Shown piece after piece: positions 27,501 to 36,078 of a stretch of DNA of 64,000 nucleotides. The DNA lies in the NCBI GenBank assembly GCA_031263585.1, contig JAISFN010000096.1, positions 2,849-66,848 on the forward strand, in the 5' to 3' direction. Numbering within the stretch: position 1 is the first letter of the stretch; the number at the start of each line of letters is the position of its first letter. The stretch is from Prevotellaceae bacterium. Lineage in GTDB: Bacteria; Bacteroidota; Bacteroidia; Bacteroidales; UBA932. Under the pieces are notes generated by a model, which had not been told where the DNA came from, made no database searches, and worked only from the letters and a program-made list of their open reading frames with translations. The translations under genes and the position numbers were made by a program.

Positions 27501-29621
27501 ATGAGGAAAATTTATATTGAATTGATCTTACTGCTTACAGTATTGTTTTTTTTACCAATTGATGTGTTATCACACGATTACTACGTAAAAATGGCAGGAC
27601 AAGGAAGTAAGACTGGAGGAGACTGGAATAATGCGATGGGAAACGAAGAATTTGCGACAGCGCTTATCACAGCTACACCCGGAGATATTTTTCATATTGC
27701 AGCAGGCACCTACTACCCTGTATTAGACATCAACGGGCAGGTGCCGACCGATTCGCGGGCGAAAACATTTTTATTGAATAGCGGCCTGGTGTTGAAAGGA
27801 GGTTATGACGAAAATGGGGATATTCCTACCGGAGAGGTGGACAATACCCTGGTTCAAGTGTTTTTTAGTGGCGACATAGGGGTGGTCGGCGATTGCAGCG
27901 ACGACGCCTATGGAGTGGTTAGCTATGCAGGAAGCGTAAGCGGTATCGTTCTGGAAAACATTCATATTATCAATGGCTACGATAATTGTAATTTGTTCCG
28001 TCACCTGTTATTTAATGAAGACTTCGGTGGAAATGACGCCTCTGACCCGAGGGTTAGCCAGAACCCGTTGCCGGGCGATGTCGTTACCGATTATCCGTTT
28101 TCGAATGAAAATAAGAATGCTCCCTTTTCCCAAGGTATCTATTACTGGCTATTCAAATATAACATTAACAAGTTTGGGAGCATAAACTCGTCGAAAATAA
28201 CATGGCATACGGAATTCGACGATTGTACCTCTCCGAGTGATACTGTCACCGGCTATATGATGGCTGTTGAAACAGGACGGAATACAAATAAGATATACGA
28301 ACGTACAATCGCGAACCTTCCCGGTTCTACCGAATTGTTTTTTTCAGTAAAACTGGGCAACTTGAATGCGGAGCTGCCCCACACATGGGGATGGGAGCAG
28401 GATCCTATAATCAAGTTCGAATTGCTTGATGCAGGCAATAATGTGCTTATTACCCACATTACCGGCAAGCTTCCCCGCGACGTTGTCGATGGGTTCCAAT
28501 GGCGCAGCTATGGATTTCCTTTTATACTGCCCCCAGGCGCGTCGCCGATTAAACTGCGGGTATCGAACTACCTGACAACCGGATGGCAGGAATCCGCATT
28601 TGTAATGGATGATATCCAAATAGCTTTATACGACTCGAAGATACACATTAAGGCAATCGATAAACAGGAGCAAGAGGTATCTGCGTTATGTGAAAATAGC
28701 GGTCTTAAAATACTGGGCACCTATAAGGATATAGGAGTTTATGGTAACGATTTGGCAGCGCAGGTCGAATTCAAGGCAAAAAACAGCATGAACTGGGTTG
28801 TCTTGAGCACGAATATGGATAAATTGAAGGACCCTGTGGAAATATGGTGGGAAACCGATAATTTCAAAGAGGTGCATGAAGGATATTACAGGATACGGGT
28901 AAGCAATCCGGCCAATATTGATAATGTGAATGCTTCTACTGTATCAGACAGTATATTTGTCGCTTTCAAAGCAAAACTAAGACTGCCGAACATACGTGTG
29001 CAATTATGCCCTTATCCTGAACGTGAAATACAGTTGGGCAGCTATATCGATACTGTCGGTATAAATTTTCTGGGCTGGGAGAGGATGAATACTCTAATAC
29101 CAGCCATTACGACCGGAACCGAAACAACTACTGGTACGATTTATACCGGCGATTTTGGAGAAGGTACATATGCATATAAATATACGGGACAGGGAGAATG
29201 TGATATTGTTTCTGCAAAACTGTACATTACAACCATTTCCAAAACAAAAGGATCATACGCCGATACTATAGTCGTATGCAGAGAAATAGAATCGTCCCGG
29301 CATCTCAACATTAACCAGATAATAGGTATAGAGGCGGAAGGAAACTGGTTGTTTGACAGCAGTATAAATCCTGACAATGTCGTAGCGAATAATATAATGC
29401 TGGTTCAGGCTCCAGCAATAAATGAAGGCGCCTATATATTTAATGCAGCGAATGCCTGGAATGAAGCTACCGATGCGGGATACTTGGTGCAGGGAGGATA
29501 CATGGGAGATATGAACGCCAAAATGTTTAGAATACGCTATACGCTGAACTCTGCTAACAATTGTTTGCAGGTCAGTGTAAAAGAACTGGTAATTATTGTC
29601 ACGGAAAATATAATCCCTTAA
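27501..29621 (+). CDS. Large secreted protein; the N-terminal region resembles right-handed beta-helix / pectate-lyase-fold surface proteins
   Basis: 706 aa. Signal peptide, then YYVKMAGQGSKTGGDWNNAM......ATPGDIFHIAAGTYYP...FLLNSGLVLKGGY, which matches the typical Y-V...G.G..DG.SW.NA...GD.I.VAAGTY start. I do not recognise the remaining 500 aa. Confidence 0.6.
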   Translation: MRKIYIELILLLTVLFFLPIDVLSHDYYVKMAGQGSKTGGDWNNAMGNEEFATALITATPGDIFHIAAGTYYPVLDINGQVPTDSRAKTFLLNSGLVLKGGYDENGDIPTGEVDNTLVQVFFSGDIGVVGDCSDDAYGVVSYAGSVSGIVLENIHIINGYDNCNLFRHLLFNEDFGGNDASDPRVSQNPLPGDVVTDYPFSNENKNAPFSQGIYYWLFKYNINKFGSINSSKITWHTEFDDCTSPSDTVTGYMMAVETGRNTNKIYERTIANLPGSTELFFSVKLGNLNAELPHTWGWEQDPIIKFELLDAGNNVLITHITGKLPRDVVDGFQWRSYGFPFILPPGASPIKLRVSNYLTTGWQESAFVMDDIQIALYDSKIHIKAIDKQEQEVSALCENSGLKILGTYKDIGVYGNDLAAQVEFKAKNSMNWVVLSTNMDKLKDPVEIWWETDNFKEVHEGYYRIRVSNPANIDNVNASTVSDSIFVAFKAKLRLPNIRVQLCPYPEREIQLGSYIDTVGINFLGWERMNTLIPAITTGTETTTGTIYTGDFGEGTYAYKYTGQGECDIVSAKLYITTISKTKGSYADTIVVCREIESSRHLNINQIIGIEAEGNWLFDSSINPDNVVANNIMLVQAPAINEGAYIFNAANAWNEATDAGYLVQGGYMGDMNAKMFRIRYTLNSANNCLQVSVKELVIIVTENIIP

Positions 29622-29714
29622 AATATAGTAAATAACAAATATTTCACAAATATCAATTAAGTAATTGTTCAAAATACTACGATATTAAGATTAATATTTT
29701 TTATTTTAGCGTCT

Positions 29715-30691
29715 ATGTCAAGACGCATAAAGAAATTAGTTTTCATGGCCAAAGTTCTGCACTGTTCGGAGTTGGGATAAGCTAATGGAGAAAGGCGCCG
29801 TTTCAGCGTGCGATGTATGGTGGTAAGTCTTCAAGTAAAAGGATTAAGCGTTGCTATAATAGCTTCCTAATAGAGATGACGCCTGCTTTGGTCAACCCTT
29901 GGGTGAAGCGATAGCAAAGTGAAGGTCTTTCATGTTTACATGCCAAGCATAGACAAAGATGCACGCCACTCATGGTGATACGGATGAAGAGCCTGTCCTT
30001 GCCGCAACCAAAGCCGTCCGACCCTAATGACTGAGGGAGTATGCTATCGGCGTTTGTGTGGTTATATACAGGGAAATGCTTGTAATAAAAAGAATAAAGC
30101 ATAACGACCTGATTGATATTGAATGTATTTCGAAAAGAAAGGAACGTAAAAAAATATGAATTCGGGAACAAGGCAGCCTCGCTTTATACCGAGAATACCG
30201 AGGTCATCATTGGGGCATTAAGTTTTCGCAAGCCGTACGGCGGGCATATACTTTCACAAGTACTTGAACAACACAAGCGCTTAACCGGTATAACGGCAAA
30301 AACGGTCATCGGCGACCGTGGTTACCGTGAAGGGGCAGAGATTAACAGGAAAAGGGTTCAAATAGCTAAACCATTCAATGATAAAGTATTAAGCAAGTAC
30401 AGGCAGAGGAAGATTCGGATGGCTTTTCGTCGACGGGCGGCTATTGAACCAGTTATCGGGCATGTTAAATCCGATCATCGATTAAGCCGTAATTTCTACA
30501 AGGGTCGTCTTTGGTGACTACATCAACGTGTTATATTGGCAGCTGCGACCTTCAACTTCAAGAAGAGAAAATGAACAAGTGGAAACGCTCGTTGTCTTTC
30601 TGGTTTCTGAGGATTGTGCGACCCAAAAACATATATTCTAGATCCATTTCAATTAACCGTTCCATAATCTGGTTTTTTAAGGGTTGACTAG
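29715..30691 (+). mobile_element. Degenerate IS5-family (DDE_Tnp_1) transposase remnant
   Basis: ORF 30113-30517 reads ...KKYEFGNKAASLYTENTEVIIGALSF..YGGHILSQVLEQHKRLTG...IGDRGYR...FRRRAAIEPVIGHVKSDHRLSRNFYKG. It then needs at least two frame changes to continue GDYINVL / LAAATFNFKK / ...SGFLRVD* (stop 30689-30691). Upstream (29715-30112) only scattered transposase-like pieces remain. I did not identify terminal inverted repeats. Confidence 0.7.
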
Positions 30692-30736
30692 ATAGGGAGG
30701 ATCACATATTTTTTAAAGTGCCACCAAAAAATTTAA

Positions 30737-30935
30737 TATACCAACGGTGAATTAAGTATTATTTGACAACCAGCTCTTTGTAAGCATGCCAGCGTATATG
30801 TAAAACCATCCCGACAGTGTATAATCCGCAGGAAAGGCACTGGATAAAATTGAAAATGCAACTAACGCACAATTAATTGCCCAAATTGAAAAATGCCCGT
30901 CAGAGGCATTGAGCTACCGGATGAATAACAAATGA
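30737..30935 (+). pseudogene. Eroded divergent 4Fe-4S mono-cluster (Fer4_19-type) small protein gene
   Basis: The pieces YTNGELSII*QPALCKHAS / CQRICKTIPTVYNPQERHWIKL / ENATNAQLIAQIEKCPSEALSYRMNNK* lie in three frames. Together they rebuild the family pattern (YTNGEI.V.W.P.LC.HS..C...LP.VF.P..RPWI......T...I..QI.KCPSGALSY). There is an in-frame TGA at a conserved Trp plus two frameshifts. Confidence 0.6.
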
Positions 30936-31130
30936 TAATGCTGAAGTATATGATTTGATACTAAACCACTATCAAGTTGTCATGTTGATATATACAAAGC
31001 ATCTCTTTTTTAGCTTATTAACTTCTTCCAAAATGACAATATAGTAATAGCTGTATATCATACAATAAATATTAAGGATGGATATATTGAAACAAATATA
31101 GCCTTGCATTTCATTACTGCAAAGCTGTTT

Positions 31131-31955
31131 TTAAATAATGGCTTGTAACAATATTTCCATTTGCCGTTGTATTTCCCAGGCTTTTTCGCCGACAATTCCG
31201 GCGAAGCGGGTAGTTTTATTGGCATAAATTATTGCTCGCGACGAGTTTACCAGTAAACCACATTGGCGGTTCATCCCATATTTGCAAACCTTGGCCAAAC
31301 TGCCTCCTTGTTCGCCTACTCCCGGAATAAGTAAAAAGTGATTGGGGATAATTTTGCGGATATCTCTTAACATTTCAGCTTGTGTTGCCCCTACCACATA
31401 CATGGTATTATCCTCGTTACCCCATTGTTTAGATTTTTCGATAACAGACTCGAACAAGCGTTTGCCGTTTTTATCCTCGATAAATTGAAAATCGGCAGCC
31501 GATGGGTTAGATGTTAATGCCAACAAAATGATCCATTTATTTTCAAATTCGAAAAATGGTTTCACGGTATCTTCGCCCATATAAGGTGAGAGTGTAATCG
31601 AATCGAAATCGAACGATTCAAAAAATGTTTTGGCATACATCCCCGATGTGTTGCCGATATCTCCGCGCTTGGCGTCGGCAATAATAAACATTCCGAGGTG
31701 GTTTTTACGGATATATTCAACGGTTTTGGCTAATGCCCTCCATCCGTTATCGCCCGCTACTTCGTAAAAAGCCAGGTTGAGCTTATAGGCTACTGTATAA
31801 GGCGCTGTTACATCTACAATAGCTTTATTAAACTCGAATATTGCATCATCCTTTTCGTGGAGGTGTGGTGGTATTTTGTTGATATCGGTATCCAAACCAA
31901 CGCAAAGGAAACTGCGTTTGTATTTTATCTGTTCAAATAATTGCCGGGCAGTCAT
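31131..31955 (-). CDS. pyrF: Orotidine-5'-phosphate decarboxylase (type 2)
   Basis: 274 aa. [16 protein letters not shown] and [13 protein letters not shown] motifs. Confidence 0.9.
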   Translation of the reverse strand: MTARQLFEQIKYKRSFLCVGLDTDINKIPPHLHEKDDAIFEFNKAIVDVTAPYTVAYKLNLAFYEVAGDNGWRALAKTVEYIRKNHLGMFIIADAKRGDIGNTSGMYAKTFFESFDFDSITLSPYMGEDTVKPFFEFENKWIILLALTSNPSAADFQFIEDKNGKRLFESVIEKSKQWGNEDNTMYVVGATQAEMLRDIRKIIPNHFLLIPGVGEQGGSLAKVCKYGMNRQCGLLVNSSRAIIYANKTTRFAGIVGEKAWEIQRQMEILLQAII

Positions 31956-31964
31956 AATAATTTG

Positions 31965-32043
31965 TTAATGTATTAATGTACTAATATGTCAATATGAATT
32001 ATTTAGATATAGATATTAACACATCTGCACATTGCCACACTAA
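31965..32043 (-). repeat. Long imperfect hairpin that folds much better in the minus-strand transcript (G-U asymmetry)
   Basis: The arms are 31965-31993 and 32015-32043, each 29 nt. There are 20 Watson-Crick pairs on either strand. Six further positions are G-U wobbles only in minus-strand RNA, against one in plus-strand RNA. It lies between two minus-strand genes. Confidence 0.55.
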
Positions 32044-32044
32044 T

Positions 32045-33121
32045 TTACATTCGTTCGTATAATTTGCGTAATTTTTCAGGAGTCATAATATCCCGCCAGT
32101 TTTTACCAAGGGCATTTTCCCACAGCGGAGCCATACCTAAAGATACGTTTATCATGGTATTAAACTGTTCATTGGTACAATTAGCACAAACGTTTTTAGG
32201 CAAATCGATATCCCATTTGCGTATCATTTCGTGGAATTTTTCTACACCGGCAGGGTAATATTCTTCCAAGTAGTTAAATACTATCGAATTACCTACTCCG
32301 TGATGGGTACCCAAAACAAATGCCATACCATAGCTTATAGCATGTGCTACACCCACTTGCGAGTAAGCAATACTCATGCCCCCTTGCCACGATGCCATCA
32401 TCAGTTCTTCGTCGCTTTCGTCGTCCCAAACGCTTTTATTTAAATAAACATGTTCGCACATTTCTTCAGATTTCTCACCGTAACTTTTACTGAAAGCGTT
32501 AAGGTATGTCCCGTTTAACGACTCGATACAATGGATATAACAATCCATCCCTGTAAAAAAGTGTTGATTTTTAGGCACGCCTTTTACTAATGCGGGGTCG
32601 AGTATAACCTGGTCGAAAGTAGTATAATCTGAATTTAAACCTAATTTTTTCTCGGGGCCGGTTAAAACCGCCGTACGCGATACTTCGGCGCCCGTTCCGC
32701 TTATGGTAGGGATACCGGCATGGTAAACACCCGCAACTTTTACCAAATCCCAGCCCTGGTATTGCACCGACGAGCCTTCGTTTGCCATCATCAGGGCAAC
32801 GGCTTTTGCCAAATCCAGTATACTGCCACCGCCAATACCAATGATACCCGATACTATGCCAAACTCTTTTCTCAATTCATCGCGCAAGGCGTCAACTTGT
32901 TTGGTTTTGGGTTCGTCGGTAGTATTTACAAATATAATTTTGTCTTTCCCTTCAAGCGGAATATGTTTAGTAAGGCTTTCGCGTTTTTCGAACACATCAT
33001 CTACAAAAAAAATGAAAGGCGCATTGCCTTGACGTTTGGGTGCAATAATTTCGCCAAGCTGGTCGAATGAACCACGACCGTATACCACGCGCGATACCAT
33101 TGGAAAGTTTCTAAATTTCAT
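32045..33121 (-). CDS. Iron-containing (group III) alcohol dehydrogenase family protein
   Basis: 358 aa. GIGGGSILDLAK nucleotide-binding loop and His-rich metal-site region (HCIES..., HAISY, THHG). Confidence 0.75.
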   Translation of the reverse strand: MKFRNFPMVSRVVYGRGSFDQLGEIIAPKRQGNAPFIFFVDDVFEKRESLTKHIPLEGKDKIIFVNTTDEPKTKQVDALRDELRKEFGIVSGIIGIGGGSILDLAKAVALMMANEGSSVQYQGWDLVKVAGVYHAGIPTISGTGAEVSRTAVLTGPEKKLGLNSDYTTFDQVILDPALVKGVPKNQHFFTGMDCYIHCIESLNGTYLNAFSKSYGEKSEEMCEHVYLNKSVWDDESDEELMMASWQGGMSIAYSQVGVAHAISYGMAFVLGTHHGVGNSIVFNYLEEYYPAGVEKFHEMIRKWDIDLPKNVCANCTNEQFNTMINVSLGMAPLWENALGKNWRDIMTPEKLRKLYERM

Positions 33122-33178
33122 AATATAATTTTATTTATTGATTACTTTTTACAACTATATTTTTTATAAAATAAGAAT

Positions 33179-33397
33179 TTATTGAAAATTCGCCAATGTT
33201 TCACGGATTGATTTAGAACGCTCTTCAAACATTATTTTAAGGCTGTTATCTACTCTATTGCTGAAAAACTTGCGCAAGATTTTATTTTCGCACAGGCGGA
33301 GATCGATGACCAAAGAAGTACTTTGTGCATATGCCTTAAGTATTTCGCCCGATTTATTCTGCAAATGATAGTCGCTTTCAAGTTTAAGCGTCTCCAT
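33179..33397 (-). CDS. Hypothetical 72-aa ORF, possibly the C-terminal fragment of an eroded gene
   Basis: The ORF is METLKLESDYHLQNKSGEILKAY.... The frame stays open upstream without a start codon, and neighbouring frames hold further fragments. Confidence 0.3.
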   Translation of the reverse strand: METLKLESDYHLQNKSGEILKAYAQSTSLVIDLRLCENKILRKFFSNRVDNSLKIMFEERSKSIRETLANFQ

Positions 33398-33837
33398 TTT
33401 GGTATAAATACCCAGATTGACTGTATAAATATCTTGTTTTTTATCTGCCTTATCGTCCCCGAATTCTTAAACATTTCAAAAGCGTTTGTTTTAAAGGATA
33501 TAAAAACAACTTTATTATATATCCCTGTATTTTTCCAAAGTATTTACACCCATTTTTTCAGGATTGCTATCATTCTGTATCAAATAACCTCCAAACTAGT
33601 ACGACTTTGCATAATAAATCGCCTTTCTCCGCCATAATTTTTAAATTCTCTTCTATTTCAAATATAAGGGCATTCAAATACAACTACAAGTCATTTTTTC
33701 ATTTCTATTATTTATCCAATTATTTATTATATAAGTTATGGCGCTACCAACCACCATCACTGATAGTTCGCACAAATATTTTATTGTTTTTTTACTATTA
33801 TTTCCTGTTCTTTCATTGGTAATAATTATCTTGTAGA

Positions 33838-34569
33838 TTATTCCACGATAAATTTTTCGGCATTAATCAAATCTTCGGGCGTATCTATTTCAATACCCAT
33901 ATAATCAGTTACCACCATTTTTATTTTTTTGCCGTTTTCGAGGTAACGCAAGCATTCTATTTTTTCAATACTTTCGAGTGGACTCATCGGTGTTTTCGAG
34001 AAATCGAGCAATGCCTGTTTACGGAAAGCGTACACACCGATGTGCTCGTAATACGTCGGTTTAACATCCATATTACGGTGGAAAGGAATGGGCGAACGCG
34101 AAAACATCAACGCAAAATTGTTCAAATCAACGGCTACTTTTACATAGTTGGGGTCCTGTATTTGTACACTGTCATGCATAACCTGCATTAACGATGCCAG
34201 GTCAATCTGTTCCGCACCGGACTCGTTAAACACGGCCAACAGCTTTTCCAATGGTTCACGGCGGGTAAAAGGCTCATCTCCCTGCACGTTTACAATAATA
34301 TCGGCATTTATATTTTCAGCCGCTTCGGCTATGCGGTCGCTGCCTGTTTCATGGTTTTTCCAGCTCATAATTGCCTTGCCTTCGTGGGCGCTTATATCAT
34401 CATAAATTTCTTTACTATCGGTAACTACAGCTATATCGTCAAACAATCCGGTAGCTAATATCGCTTCGTATGTCCGACGGATAACGGGTACACCTTTCAG
34501 CAGGGCCATCATTTTACCGGGGAAACGGCTTGCCCCGTAACGGGCAGGAATTAATGCTACTATTTTCAT
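33838..34569 (-). CDS. kdsB: 3-deoxy-manno-octulosonate cytidylyltransferase (CMP-Kdo synthetase)
   Basis: Start at MKIVALIPARYGASRFPGKMM (34569). VQGDEP motif; 243 aa. Confidence 0.9.
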   Translation of the reverse strand: MKIVALIPARYGASRFPGKMMALLKGVPVIRRTYEAILATGLFDDIAVVTDSKEIYDDISAHEGKAIMSWKNHETGSDRIAEAAENINADIIVNVQGDEPFTRREPLEKLLAVFNESGAEQIDLASLMQVMHDSVQIQDPNYVKVAVDLNNFALMFSRSPIPFHRNMDVKPTYYEHIGVYAFRKQALLDFSKTPMSPLESIEKIECLRYLENGKKIKMVVTDYMGIEIDTPEDLINAEKFIVE

Positions 34570-34725
34570 TATCAGAGCAAATAATAAATTGAATTTAATG
34601 TCGAATATACATAAAAACTCGCTACTGCACAAAATTAAATTTTGCGGTTGTAACATGTTGTTTGATATCAAATATTTGTTAAGCAAAATAAGCAATTAAT
34701 GATAATCAATAATATTTTTTGTTCT

Positions 34726-34806
34726 TATCATGCTGAACGTTAGTGAAGCATCTTGTACCTTATTAAATTAAAGAGATCCTCCGCTTCGCTTAGGATGACA
34801 AAATAT
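34726..34806 (+). repeat. MITE-like intergenic element, family A, copy 1
   Basis: tatCATGCTGAACGttAGTGAAGCAT...GATCCTCCGCTTCGCTTAGGATGACAAAATAT is homologous to 44636-44724 and to the reverse complement of 48541-48630. Confidence 0.8.
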
Positions 34807-34936
34807 AATGATAAATATTTTTAAGAACTTATAATGAGTTTACGATAAAAAAATTTGCTTTTATTGAATTTTTGAACTAAGCCTGTTATGTGTTTTATAA
34901 AATACAATAATGAGTATGTGATGGTATAAAAAACGC

Positions 34937-35608
34937 TCAATCAAATGCGTTGAAGTGGATAAACAGACTCTTGGAAAAAAAGCAAGTTTTACGAAATATT
35001 CGCCTGATACGGTGTCTCAATCTGCAATTATTTCCTCAAATACCCTGGGTATTTCCTTTGCCTATAATATGGTTATCTTTCTGAAAAACAGCGGTAAAAC
35101 TATATACTTTATCCGTATAGACCGTATCATAAGCGATACCCATTGGCTTCAATTTGCCGCGTAACTTTTTTGCTGTTTTGTAATTGAGCTTGCCCCAAAC
35201 ATAACCCGCAATCCCGTCTGCGGCACGGAGGTAAGCATAAATCAACCAGACTTTATTTTTTGTTACCGGCGTAAGTCCAAAACACATCAACTTCCAAACA
35301 ATCATAATACTCCTGTTTGGGTTTGATTTGATTTGATGATTGGAACGAAGCAAAACCGGCAATACTTTCTTTATGCTAACATGCTAAATAACAGATATGC
35401 CTCTAATGCCAATACCACTGACAAGCATCAATAATATCTTTTGTGTCAGGGAAGAATGACAGCCTTTGTACTTCAATGCGCGGCCGCTGATAAACTGGCG
35501 GCCACATGTTTTACACAAATAATTCTGTTTTTTGTACGGTTTCCTGCCGTTTCTTTTTATCTTTGTACTGTGACAAGTAGGACAGTAAAGTGTAATTTCT
35601 ATCTCCAC
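34937..35608 (-). mobile_element. Degenerate IS1-family transposase remnant
   Basis: The N-terminal zinc-finger/HTH part is MEIEITLYCPTCHSTKIKRNGRK...YLCKTCGRQF (35384-35608). It is followed in the same frame by TAG, then ...SIKKVLPVLL.... An internal double frameshift hides YYDCLEVDVFWTYAGNKK. Then ...NKVWLIYAY...GIAYDTVYTD...GKGNTQGI, an in-frame TGA at 35036-35038, then GNNCRLRHRIRRIFRKTCFFSKSL...* (stop 34937-34939). Confidence 0.75.
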
Positions 35609-36078
35609 AAAACAAAAATAACGCTTTTTGCCATGATTGCCAATTTTTTATGTTGGCATACTTTTTACAACATTACCAGAAACATTAAATCCAAAATTGA
35701 AATGGCAAAATGTTCTGTACATGGAGAACATCCAAAAGTTACTTTTACACAACAAGGATTTACGATTTCTTACTGTTGTGAGAAGTTTCGTAAAAATACT
35801 ATCGCTAAATGAGAAAAGCAGTAGGGGATGCTTTGCAAGAAGAAATCTTCAAACCACTAAAGGGATTGAGATAGTTTCTTGGTAACTACAACAGCTACGA
35901 TATTAGAAACTTCTTCACTGTCTTTTGTTAGTTCTTCTACTTTTTCGGTAAATTCGTTTAAAGTAGAAGCTGTCGCTTCCTTTATTTCAAAGGAAGCAGC
36001 ATACTTTATTTTCATCCATAATTTTACTTGTTCTTACTTTAGGTTAGAAAAGTATATAATTTCGAATATTTAAATACC

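Noticed and set aside
29854-30171. 105-aa minus-strand ORF in the IS5 remnant region
   Set aside because: It overlaps plus-strand transposase-derived sequence and has no motif, start context or partner. It is most likely a chance ORF in degraded DNA.
14207-35038. Several in-frame TGA codons fall at conserved positions (FNT 14207-14209, small ORF 19700-19702, Fer4_19 about 30764, IS1 35036-35038). Could TGA be a sense codon here, as in genetic code 4 or 25?
   Set aside because: The implied residues are inconsistent (Gly, Gly, Trp, Glu). The same genes also carry frameshifts and a TAG. Several intact genes (dcu 36079-37392, hlyD 48709-49605, the ABC-2 permease 52537-53649 and the HsdR_N-like gene 22198-22665) end with TGA at the expected C-terminal positions. 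Ordinary nonsense mutations under code 11 explain the data.
34937-35608. Could the two IS1 ORFs be joined by IS1-style programmed -1 ribosomal frameshifting?
   Set aside because: The two ORFs are in the same frame and are separated by a TAG codon, not by a slippery A6C site. There are additional compensating frameshifts across the DDE region and an in-frame TGA near the C-terminus. This is a dead copy.
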